Positions 44,001 through 54,500 of a stretch of DNA of 64,000 nucleotides are shown here, piece after piece. The notes below the pieces were generated by a model. It was not told the DNA's origin. It saw nothing but the letters and a program-made list of their open reading frames with translations, and ran no database searches. A program made the position numbers and the translations under genes. Position 1 is the stretch's first letter. Each line of letters begins with the position of its first letter. Source of the DNA: Verrucomicrobiota bacterium (lineage in GTDB: Bacteria; Verrucomicrobiota; Verrucomicrobiia; Limisphaerales; SIBE01); assembly GCA_021733945.1 (NCBI GenBank), contig JAIPJX010000008.1, positions 12,975 through 76,974 of the forward strand, written 5' to 3'.

Positions 44001-45227
44001 ATCGCCATGTTCGCGGGGGCTCAGCACGATTGCAGGCACTATTTGGGGTACGGAGAGGCGCTGAAGGAGATTTGCCGGGAGCGGGGTCTTGTCGTGGTCG
44101 GGTTGGGGGCGAAGCGGGATTTTGAAATAAACCAGAAGAATCTGGAAGCGACGGGTGCACCCGGGCTGAATCTTTCGGGCAAGATGACTCTGCGTCAAAA
44201 TGCTGCATTTCTCAAGAAATGCAGGCTGGCAGTGGGAGCGGAGACGGGACTGGCACACATTGCCTGTGCGGTCGAGGTGCCAAACGTGATACTTCTTGGT
44301 GGCGGGCATTTTGGAAGATTCATGCCGTATTCAGCGTTGACCTCGGTTGCGTGCCTTCCGCTGGAGTGCTTTGGCTGCAATTGGCAGTGCCGATTCTCTC
44401 GACCTCATTGTGTCAAGGATCTGCTGCCGGGAGTGATTGAGGCCGCGGTTCGGCGGACGCTGGATTCAAAATCGCAAAAGCCCAGGATCTTTGTGCAAGA
44501 CGATTCCATGCTGTCTCCCGGACCTGGCACTCCTGGATTGGGATCCTTCGATCAGCTCATTGATTCCGGCCGGGTCGAGGTGTTGATTGTAAATAGGGAA
44601 TCCGGTTCGGTTTGTTCAGGTAATTCCGGGATTCGGACTCGTGGAAATGAAGCTTCGATTCTGGAGCTGCTCCAGACTGCTGAAAGCCTCTATCGATCCG
44701 GAAAGACACAGGATGCGGTGGAGCATCTCAAACAGGCGAATTCGAATTACCCTGGTTCGGCTCAAATATTGGCGACTCTTTCGAATGTTCTTCTTCAAGC
44801 GGAAGATTTTGCCGGTGCTGAGCCTCGACTAAAAGAGTGGTTGAAGTTGCAGCCTCAAGATGCGAATGCATGGACCGGATTGGCTGTTGCGAAAAGCAGA
44901 CTTCAGGATCGTGAGGGATGCAAACAGGCGCTGAATCGGGTTCTTGAACTGGAACCTCGTAATCAGGGGGCTTTGCGATTGCTGGCGGACAATCTGCTGA
45001 TTGAAGGAGATTACCGGGCTGCAGGTGAGTTGTATGCGAAAATGCTCGAAGCGACGCCCGATGATCTCGATCTACTCGTGCGACGGGGCGTATGCCTTTT
45101 TAGGGCTCTGGAATACGACGCTGCGGCTTCATTTTTTGATCGTGTGCTCAAAATTGATCCGAATCATGGGTTGGCTACAGAGAATCGTGAAGCTGTCGAC
45201 CTGGCAAGGGCGATTCGTAAGGTATAG
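41049..45227 (+). CDS. multidomain GT2 - methyltransferase - methyltransferase-like - GT9 (heptosyltransferase-like) - TPR protein (1392 aa)
   Basis: GT2 (~41100-41950: FSFVTIVLNGMPFIEHAL..., LMDSDE). MT (~42130-42660: LEIGVRTGGS..., NVDGDH). Second Rossmann/MT-like domain (~42790-43410: LIETGTYLGTGTT). GT9 (~43430-44470: VFWVRPDSIGDAVLSL..., LSGKMTLRQNAAFLKKCRLAVGAETGLAHIA). TPR (~44660-45227). GTG start. Confidence 0.75.
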   Translation: MKTPTTDNKPAISRIAGNKAPRFSFVTIVLNGMPFIEHALKAVYAFAHEIIVIEGAVENCQFAANSDGSSRDGTVDCIRNMPDPSGKIRLLQGKWPEKCEMQNAALAHVTGDYVWLMDSDEIYRSEDLEKIREMIQADPSITQVNFIPDNFWRGFDYIFISSEFFKAPHHYRRLFQFKPGARFLTHRPPTMLLPGADRSTEQMKCVGGDITRAMGVIPYHYSYVLESQVKQKIELYNRYGWGAMWGVDMNLWLNEGFLQWTPENRRELEKRYPPWTGDRGSFTVPFTKEHPEVMKDFIAEFRGKAEKRTVFRIPDEDLLMPVIGDPYYLERVLEAWNHIELDAPLRGRQSTIRKHLTKGTSFWNVHVGIAFLASRLKPRRYLEIGVRTGGSFVQALYNAPIEEAVAVDMWAGSYSGLPNTKDYTVSQIDRFQTEVRRIPEIKYIHGNSHVELKKLIEAKCRFDLINVDGDHTEAGAIEDLEDAVRLLNPRGAIVFDDVIHVSFRFLLDVAKQFVERHPEFTLLLNTSQDNGTALFVRGLALEEILAPREAVRKRPKIAGEVKSDHDLTAVGSESEFSRSIGQLFEKIRPQKLIETGTYLGTGTTRTIGNALKELGCDGAVFFSIEVNPRHLSQAYANLEADGLMSRVRLCHGLSVPRSILPSIEEIEAATVRNIQSEEIFVDHQEHERAALYYRETCFEGVPDDLLGRCLGEFNCRPDFVILDSGGHLGNVEFNYLIERLQGECHIALDDIYHIKHNRSYLQILNDPRFELVVSSKEKFGFCIAKFSPKVQAEPRVQSVFWVRPDSIGDAVLSLSQLPYIRGKYPDARIVVLCQEHVAELYEASPYVDAIETIRQADALSNKEYQARLVQRVRAVQADVCLNPVYSRDPLSDFLALNSNAPTRVAFEGGVENMMPEVRDHHNRHYTKLIPNRSKWKGELERNRDFLQGIGIEVSELGALIWLNNEDLEFAEDVFRANQLDPNRTIAMFAGAQHDCRHYLGYGEALKEICRERGLVVVGLGAKRDFEINQKNLEATGAPGLNLSGKMTLRQNAAFLKKCRLAVGAETGLAHIACAVEVPNVILLGGGHFGRFMPYSALTSVACLPLECFGCNWQCRFSRPHCVKDLLPGVIEAAVRRTLDSKSQKPRIFVQDDSMLSPGPGTPGLGSFDQLIDSGRVEVLIVNRESGSVCSGNSGIRTRGNEASILELLQTAESLYRSGKTQDAVEHLKQANSNYPGSAQILATLSNVLLQAEDFAGAEPRLKEWLKLQPQDANAWTGLAVAKSRLQDREGCKQALNRVLELEPRNQGALRLLADNLLIEGDYRAAGELYAKMLEATPDDLDLLVRRGVCLFRALEYDAAASFFDRVLKIDPNHGLATENREAVDLARAIRKV

Positions 45228-45517
45228 TCTCTGGGTGCGACCGCCGCAGCCGAGTCATGCGATGTGCGAACGGGAACTCCGCCAGTCGGCGCATCCTGAG
45301 GTGGCCTAGAATCGTGATGGGATCCACCTCTTTCAACAATTCATTCGATGCTACTCGTGGAGCCGTGACATCCTTGTCCACCGAGGTTCGCGGGGCGGGC
45401 GGCAAAGTCGATGGTGGAAAACGGTGGGTATCTCCTTCCTGCGGAGTATCGCCTCCGGAAACGGGTGGTACGGGTTCCGGAAGCAGCAGGGGGATAGCAC
45501 AGCCGAGCTCGTTCGCT

Positions 45518-48500
45518 ATGGATAAAAAATGCCAGTCACGTGGCCCACTTGTTTCGGCCATTGTGTCGACGTACAATTCGGAGGGGTATCTTCGCGGGTG
45601 TTTAAGGGACTTGGTGGGGCAAACGCTTTTTGCCCAGGGGAAACTTGAGATTTTCGTAATCGACAGCGGGTCCCAGCAGAACGAAGGCAGGGTGGTTGAA
45701 GAGTTTCAGAGGCAGTTTCCGAGTATTCGTTATCTCCGAACGGAGCGGGAGCCGATCTACGCCGCCTGGAATCGCGCGATCCCCCTTCTGTCCGGCAAGT
45801 ACATCACGAATGCAAACACGGATGATGCCCATCGGGCGGATGCGCTGGAATTGCTCGCGGCGGCGTTGGACAGGTTTCCGGAGGCCGGGCTGGCGTACGG
45901 GGATTTTGTAAATTCATCGGTTCCAAACGATTCGTTTGACGACCCGCACGTTCTCCGCGAGGTGCGGTTTCCAGCCTATGAACCGAGCGATGTGCTTTTT
46001 TACTGCCCCATCGGGTGTCATCCGATGTGGCGGAGGGATGTGTTCGAGCAACTCGGAAATTTCGACCCCCGGCACTGGTCGGTGGGCGATTACGAATTTC
46101 TGCTGCGGTTTGTGGATGCCGGGATGATCGCTGTCCGTGTTCCGGAACTGCTGAGCCTCTTCTTTGAGAACCCGTCCGGAATCCAGTTCAAATCGGCCCA
46201 GGAGACCTACCAACAGTTTCTGAATGTAAGACACGAGTATCGCATCAAGATCCCGGTCGAAAAGATCTACGAAGCGGATCCGGCGGATCCTTCGGCGATT
46301 GCCAGAGCCTGGGTAGCTCTGGGGAACAAGGCGATGCATCATCGGATCCCGTGGTTTCCCAATCCGGCATCGGAGCTCCCGTATGCCGAGTTCTGTTACC
46401 GGCGGGCTCTCGAGGCATGTCCCTCCTTCATGCCGGCTCTCCGGAATTTGTGCGTGTTGTGGAGCTTGCAGAAGGAGGAAACGAAGGTTGCCGGGCTTTT
46501 GCTGAGATTGCCTTCCGGGACGGCTACGGAGGTTAAGAGTAAACTGGAGACCGAAGGGCTCAGGCTGGTTCATGTGGACGTCGTTCCGAAAGGTCAGACT
46601 CTGAAAGCGGAGGGATCCGAGCCCCACCCTTCCGCTCCGAAAGAGGTGGCGGCTCGACGAGCCGAAGTAATGGATGGGCAGAGCCCCGGGTTCAAGAATG
46701 CCCCGCAGAGTCGCGAACGGTTTCGGATTCTCCTGACCCTGGATGATCGAGGTGAGGGGCGGGTCGGCGCGTTCGGTCCCGGAGTTGTTGCGGAGGAACT
46801 CGTGCGACGGGGGCACGATGTCTCGGTGCTGTATGCCGCTGGCACCCATCCCTCGTCGCGGACTCCATACTTCCTCGAAGAAACAACGTCGCCGGGTGGG
46901 GTGCGCCTGTTTGGCGTGTACAACGGTCCCGTGACAGGGTGCGATCCTGAGAATCCGGATCGGGAAACGCTGGACCCGGAAATGATCCGGTGTTTCGGCG
47001 AGGTGATCGAGCGCTGCAAACCGGGCCTCGTGCATTTCCATACCTTCCAGGGATTGACTTTGGCGCTCGCCGCCGAGGCGAAACGGAAGGGGTTGGTGAC
47101 AATTTACAGCCCGCACAATTATCACCTGATCGATCCGGCGCTTTACCTGTTGGGGGCTGATCTCTCGGCGTGGACAGGGACGGATTTTTTCCGAAACTCG
47201 GAATGGGTGGCGCGTCGCCCCGACCTGCGCGGGGCCTACGCCCGACGTGCTGAAGCAGGCCGGGCGGTGTTGAACGAGCATTTGGATCTGACTCTTGCCG
47301 GTTCGTATCGTGCCCGCGACCTGTTTGAGGACTTCTGCGGTCGGCACGGCCGGATTGCCGTCGTTCACCAGGGTTACCCAGGTTCGGAGAGGGTGCCTGG
47401 CGAGGTTGGGGGCGAGTCGGGTCGGACGGGGCCGCTGAGAGTGGGGTTCCTGGGGCCGATCGTGCCTCGCGAAGGGCTGCATATTCTGGCCGCTGCCCTT
47501 CAGCGTGTATCCCCGGGCGGTGTGGAGGCCCATGTGTTTGGAGTGGTTGATGCCGCCTACAAGGAGCAGGTGATGGCGGTTGATGGGCGGCGGGTAATCC
47601 GTTGGCGGGGGGCCATCGAACCGGAGGCCCTGGGGGCAATCGCGAAGGAAACGGACTTGGTCGTGGTTCCAAGCCTCTGGGAAGCGGGAGCAGGGTCGGA
47701 GATTGTCGATGCATTGGCCATGGGGCGTCCGGTGGTCGCTGCGCGAATCGGGAGTGCGGCCGATTTTGTTGTTGATGGGTTTAACGGGCGCTTATACCGT
47801 AGTGATTCGATCGACGAATTGGCAGAAATCCTGGAGGAGCTGGTTCGCGACCGAGCTTTGGTTGAGCGGTTGAGCAGGAACTGTCGGCTGCCCCATGCGT
47901 TTGGAGACTATGTTGATCACGTTGTTTCGATTTATCACAGATTGCTCAAGGGCGAGCGAGTCCTTCCCGGAACCGCCTCCCTGGTTTTTCCGAGCTCTCC
48001 AACCAAGCCTCTTCCGCAGTCTGAGCCCGCAGGCGGGGGAGCCGCATCGGCTCCCGCCGATTTAGCTGAAGCCATGCACCACCCGCTCGACCTGCTGTTT
48101 GCCCGCGCTTCCTCCGATCTTGAATCTGGAAATTTGGCGGCTGCACGAAATGTTCTGATCGAAATCCTGGCACAGGCGCCGGACAGCTTCGAGGCCCGGG
48201 TCTCGCTCGGTTCGGTCCTGTTTCATCTGGAGGATTTTGAGGGGTCCTGGGTGCATTACGACCGGGCGCTGAGCCTCAAGAAGGACGATGCGGGCCTTTG
48301 TGTTCAGGCGGCCCTGGTGTGTCTCAAGCTTGGACGCATGAGTGACTTCGAACGGGTGATCGAACTAGCTCTGAAACTGGAGCCGGAGCATGTGGGCGCC
48401 CTGAAACTCCTGGGTGATCTCAACCTTCAGGAAGGGCGCTTTGCGGATGCTGGCCGGTGTTACTCCAGAATACTGAGCCGGGAACCCGGGAACTGCGATA

Positions 48501-51500
48501 TCCTGATTGCTTTGGGTGTGTCCTTCTTCAAGGGGGGGGACCCGGAGATGGCGAAGGCGGTTTTCGGGCAGGTGCTGGTGCGCGAACCGGAGCATGCTCT
48601 GGCAAAGGAGAATCTGGAGGTGATTCGACGGAGCATGGAGCAGGGGGCCGGCTCCGGCGCGCCTGTTCCTCAGGCGGCTCCTGAGGAGGTTGATTCCGCC
48701 GCGAAAGAAATTCTGGAGTTGATCGAGAGCGCCGATCGTCATTTTGAGGAGGGGCGGTACTTTGATGCGAAGGAACACCTGCTGAAGGTGCTTCAGCTGA
48801 GATCCGACGACATTCGGGCACTGACGTCGCTGGCCGCCGTGGCCGATGCCCTGGGCGATGTGGCTGGGTCCCGACATTATCTGCAGGAGGCTCTGCGGGT
48901 GAAGGGCGAGGATGCGGATCTTTATTTGCAGTGGGCTCTCGTGGAACTGAAGCAGGATGATGTTGAGCGGTTCGAGGAGTTGTTGGCCAAGGCCTTTGCA
49001 GTGGATCCCAAACATCACGCCTCTCTCAAGCTCCTTGCCGATCTGAATTTTCGGAGCGATCGCCTGAAGGCCGCAGCGGAGTCCTACACGACGATTCTGA
49101 CGCATTACCCCGACGATGTGGAGGCGATGGTTTCCCTGGGGGCCTGCTTCATGAACGATGGAGATTTGGAGACCGCGCGGATGGTGTTGACACGGGCGTT
49201 GGAGCTGGATGCGAGCTGCGCCAGTGCGAAGGAGCATCTCGAAACCATTGCCAGCCGGCTCGGCGACACGGGGGCCCGTCCCGGAGCGAGTGGTTCGGCC
49301 GTTGATTCGCAGGACGGGCCAAAAACTGCGCCGGAGACGATTCAACCAGCGGTTTCCAAAAAGAAGAACTCGGAGCGGGTCCAGGACCTGGTGGATGAAG
49401 CTGATTTTTTCAGCGAAGTGGGAAACCTGGAAGCATCGCTTGAGACCCTGGAACGGGCTTTGGAACTTGCGCCCCGGGACATGGGCCTGCTTTCGGCGGT
49501 GGGCAGCCTGCACTATACGATGGGGGACTACGAGGCTTCGCGCGCGAAGTTTCGGAACGTGATCGAATCCAGACCCCGGGATCCGGAGGCTTACACGAGA
49601 CTGGCCATGGCGTGCCTGCGGCTGGATCGGATCGAGGAGATGGAGGCGGCCCTGGGCATTGCGTTGGAGATTGATCCGGAAAACCGGGAGGCGCTCAAGT
49701 TTCTTGCGAAAACAAATCTGGAGGCGGAGCGGGTCCGGGACGCCGGGCGCGCCTATGCAAAACTTCTGGAGGAGCAGCCCGATGACATGGAATCGCTCCT
49801 GGCGCTGGGGTTGTGTTTCTTCAAGGGCGGGGATCTTCCGGCAGCGCGCATGGTGTACGGCCGGGTGTTGGAGTATGACGCGGAAAATCCGACGGCTGTT
49901 GAGAATTTGGCCCAGATCGACGCCAGGGAGAATCGTTCAACCCCAAAAAGAGGGAAGTCCGAAGCAGAGGAAGCCAGGGAACGTTCCGGGAAGGTGAATG
50001 AATTGATGGCTGCGGCCGAGGGGGCGTTCAAGGCCAAGAACCTGCCAGCCGCGAGGGATGCGTTGAAGAATGCCGTTGAGCTGGCTCCCAATGCGATCGA
50101 ACTCCTGGCTGCGTTGGGAAGCCTCCATTTTCAACTGGACGAAATGCCCGAGGCGCGCGAGGTGTTGTGCCGATTGGTGGAGCTGGCTCCGGCGGAACCC
50201 GCCAAATGGGTTCAGCTGGCTTTGACGCACTATCAGCTGAACGAGATTGAGGACTTCGAGAAGGCGCTGAAACGGGCTCTGGAATTGGATCCGGATCATT
50301 TCGAGGCGTTGCGCTTGTTGGCGCACATGAGTTTCAAGCATGGAAACTTCCGGGACGCAGCGCAGACGTATGGTCGCATCCTGAAGCGGGCTCCGAACGA
50401 CGTGGAGATTCTGTCTGCCTTGGGAGTTTGCTTTTTCAAGGGCGGGGACATGGATGCCGCCGGCATGATGTTTGAGAAGGTTCTCGAAGTGGAGCCCGGA
50501 AACGCGATCGCGACCGAAAACCTGAGCGTCATCGAAAACCGGAGTGCAGGCAATTCCGCAGGAGCGTTGCCGAGTGTTTCGAATCCCGGGAATGAGGGGG
50601 AAGGTGGCGCTTCCGACGAACCTGCATCGAAGCGCATGGAAAGGGTCGATGAGTTGCTCGTGGATGCGGACAGGTGCGCCACCAGCGGGGATGTTTCCGG
50701 CGCGTGTGATCGGTTGAGGAAGGCGTGCGAACTTGAGCCCGAAACCCATGAGATTCATGCTGCCCTGGGCAGCTTGCTCTACCAGCTTGGGCAGTGGGAC
50801 GCGGGGGTCGCGTCGCTCAAGCGCGCCACGCAACTGGCTCCGAATTCCGCCGATTACCACACGCGGCTCGCGATCAGCCTTCTGTCCGTGGATAGCGTCG
50901 GCGAGTTTGAAGAAGCCCTGCAAAAGGCCCTGACCCTTGATCCCAGCCACCGGCCGGCTCTGCGGTTGCTGGCGGATCTGAATCTTCGCGGAGGTAATTT
51001 CAAGGACGCGGCACACACCTATCACCGGTTGCTTTTGCAGACACCCGATGATGTGGATGTCATGCTTCCGATGGCGGTGTGTTTCTACAAGAACGGGGAT
51101 CCGCAGGCTGCGCGAATGGTTTTCAACCGGATCCTGACACTCGATCCCGAGCACGCCATCGCGCGTGAGAATCGGGATTTGCTGGATCGTGAGGAAGCGG
51201 GTTCGGGTGCTGCAGGCGCTACATCCGGGGGAAGTGTCCCGACCGTGGCACCGGCCTCTGTGGCTGTGCCGGCGGTTGGAAAGGTTTCGGTGCTCTGGGA
51301 GGGATCCCAGTTTGTTCATCATTCACTGGCGCTCGTGAATCGTGAGCTCTGTTTCCAGTTGCTGCAGATGGGCCATGACGTTTCGATCCTCCCTTACGAA
51401 CCGGACCAATTCGGGGCGGAGATGGATCCGCGATTTGTGCGGCTGGCGGGGGCGGTCCGGGCGCCCCTTTCAAAAGCGCCTGAAATCCACCTGCGCCATC

Positions 51501-54500
51501 AGTGGCCTTTCAATCCGGTTCCTCCCAAGGAGGGGCGATGGGTGGTGATCCAGCCCTGGGAATATGGGATGCTTCCCAAGGAATGGCTTCCGGTTCTCAG
51601 GGAGCAGGTCGACGAAATCTGGACCTATAGCAATTTTGTTCGGGATACCTACATTCGATCCGGAGTCCCTGCTGAGAAGGTTTTTGTGGTTCCGTGTGGG
51701 GTGGATCCGGACCGGTTTCATCCCGGAGCATCTCCGGCGAAGCTTGCCACGCAGAAGAAGTATAAGTTCCTGTTCGTGGGTGGTTTGATTCATCGCAAGG
51801 GAATCGACCTGTTGCTCAACACCTACATGAACCGGTTCCGGGCCAGTGATGATGTTTGTCTGGTCATCAAGGCATTCGGCAGCGGGTGGTATCGGGACGA
51901 CAAGGTGAGGGCTCAGATTAAAAAGATTCAACAGACGCCCGGCAGTCCGGAGATCCTGCTTTTGGATCGGGACATGGAGCCCGCTGAGTTGCCGGGTCTG
52001 TACACTACGTGCGATTGTCTGGTGCATCCCTATCGTGGGGAAGGCTTCGGGTTGCCCGTGCTTGAGGCGATGGCGTGCGAATTGCCGGTGATTGTGACCG
52101 GGGGCGGATCGACGGATGATTTTGCCACCGACGAACTGGCCAGCCGGGTGGCTGCGGTTCGAAAGAATTTGGGAACCCGGGTCATGGACCTGGAGCTGGC
52201 GGGTGAGGGCTGGTTGTTGGAACCCGACCCGGCCGACCTGGGTGAGCGCATGACCTGGATGGTGAATCATCCGGATGAAGCCGCGGCAATGGCGCGGCGG
52301 GCCAGTGAGGTGGCACGCACCAAATGGTCCTGGGCTGCGGGGGCGGCCAGGGCGGAGGCGCGACTCAGGGCCTTATCCAAATGCAATGAGCTGCCGATGC
52401 GGTTCACCTCGCAACCTGGGCAAAGCGCGTCCGGGCAGAACCCTGGGACGGTGGTCGAAAAAGAAGTGGGTGATCAACGGTCGTTGGGTAAAGAGCCGGG
52501 ATCCGCATCGGCCGGGAACGGGGTTGATGTTGTGTGGGAGGGACCCCAGTTCAGCCATCATTCTCTGGCACTGATCAATCGCGAGGTTTGTCTCAGTTTG
52601 ATCGCGGGCGGAACTGCGGTCAGGGTGCAGTCCGTCGGGGACAAGGTGTTTGGCCCCGAGGCGGACCCGAGGTTTCAGGAACTCGAGAAGCGCATGAATG
52701 GAGTCGGGCCTTCGGCCTCGGCGTTGCGGGTGCGCCATCAGTGGCCCATGAATCTTGAGCCGCCCCTCGACGGACCCTGGATCGTCATGCAGCCTTGGGA
52801 ATTCGGGGCGATTCCGAGGGATTGGCTCGAGCCAATGCAACACCGGGTTGATGAGATTTGGGCGTATACGGAATTTGTGCGGCAGACCTACATCCAATGC
52901 GGGGTGCCGCCGGAGAAGGTGTTTGTCATCCCGTGCGGAGTGCACCCGGGGAAATTTCATCCCGAGGTAACCCGGGCGAACCTGGCGACTCGCAAGAAAT
53001 TCAAGTTCCTTTTTGTGGGCGGCACGATTCTGAGGAAGGGGCCCGATGTCCTGTTGAACGCCTACCTTCGCACATTCACTGCGCAGGACGATGTCTGTCT
53101 GGTGATCAAGGATTTTGGAGGCAGGGATGTGTACAAGGGGCAGACGATCGAACGATCGATTCGTGAGGCGCAGGCGAGGTCCGGGGCACCGGAGATCCTT
53201 CATCTGACCGAGGACATGACGCCCGACGAGTTGCCGGGACTTTACGCGGCCTGCGATTGTCTGGTGCATCCGTACCGGGGGGAGGGCTTCGGGTTGCCGG
53301 TGTTGGAGGCCATGGCCGTGGGACTGCCTGTTATTGTGACTGAGGGTGGGTCCACGGACGATTTTGCGCCAGCCAACGTTGCCTACCGAATTCCTTCAAA
53401 ATCGGTCGAAGTACCCAACTGGGCTGGTCCGGAACTGGTCGGGAGCCCGACTTGGCTGGAGCCCGATCAGGGTGTGTTGGAGCAAGTCATGCGTGCTGTG
53501 TTTCAGGATCCTGAAGCCGGACGCAGGATGGGGCGGGCTGCGAGTGCCCATGTTCACCAATCGTGGACCTGGGATTGCGCCGCGACCCGGGTTTTGGAAC
53601 GTCTGAAGAGCCTCGCGAGCCGGACGGAACTGCCCGTTCGGTTCCAGGGCCAGGGCATGATTCCGCCGTCCCTGATTCCCGGGGGAAACGCCGAAATTAA
53701 GGTTCCTGCGGCGGGAGAGGTCGGGTCTCTCGAGAAGGTGCACGCGTTGGTTGAGAAAAGGAAATTTCTGAAAGCGTGGAACGCGACACTGGACGCGATT
53801 CGGCAGCGGCCCTTTCATCCGGACGCCTACTTGCAGATGGTGGATATTGCGTTGCGTGCGGAGGATATCCGCCAGGCTCTTGCCTGTGCGGAGCGATTGA
53901 TCCGAATGACACCCAACTGGACGACCGCACGGCGGATCCACGATTCCCTCAAGAAGGAACGTAAACCGAAGAAATCCAAAGTCAGGTGGACGCCTCTTCC
54001 CAAGCCGGGCGCGCGTCCGAGCCTGAGCGTCTGCCTGATTGTCCGGAATGAGGAGGAACACATCGGGCGCTGCCTGGCATCGGTCAAGGACATAGCGACG
54101 CAGATCGTGGTGGTGGACACCGGATCGAGCGACCGGACGGTGGCGATTGCGAAGGAGTACGGGGCCGAAGTTTATCATTTTGAATGGAACGACGATTTCA
54201 GTGACGCTCGGAACGAGGGACACCGGCATGCGCGCGGGGATTGGGTCCTGATTCTGGATGCGGACGAAGAGTTGCCGGTCGAAAGCCATAAACAGCTCCT
54301 GGAGGACATGGCTGTGGAAAATGTGCTCGGGTACCGGATTCCGATCTGCAACATTCATGAAGCCGATGACTCCGTGACCTATGTCCCGCGCCTGTTCCGA
54401 AACGCGCCGGCGCTCTTTTTTGTGGGTCGGGTGCACGAGCAGATTTACGCGAGCGTGATCGCACGGAAGTCGGAGTGGAACATGGAAGCGGTTCTGGGTA

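Noticed and set aside
45257-45517. N-terminal 87 codons of the giant ORF as given in the track.
   Set aside because: R/G/S-rich, non-protein-like, and GT2 domains normally begin within a few residues of the start. ATG 45518 (MDKKCQSRGPLVSAIVSTYN) is more plausible. Not fully excluded, so both coordinates are reported.
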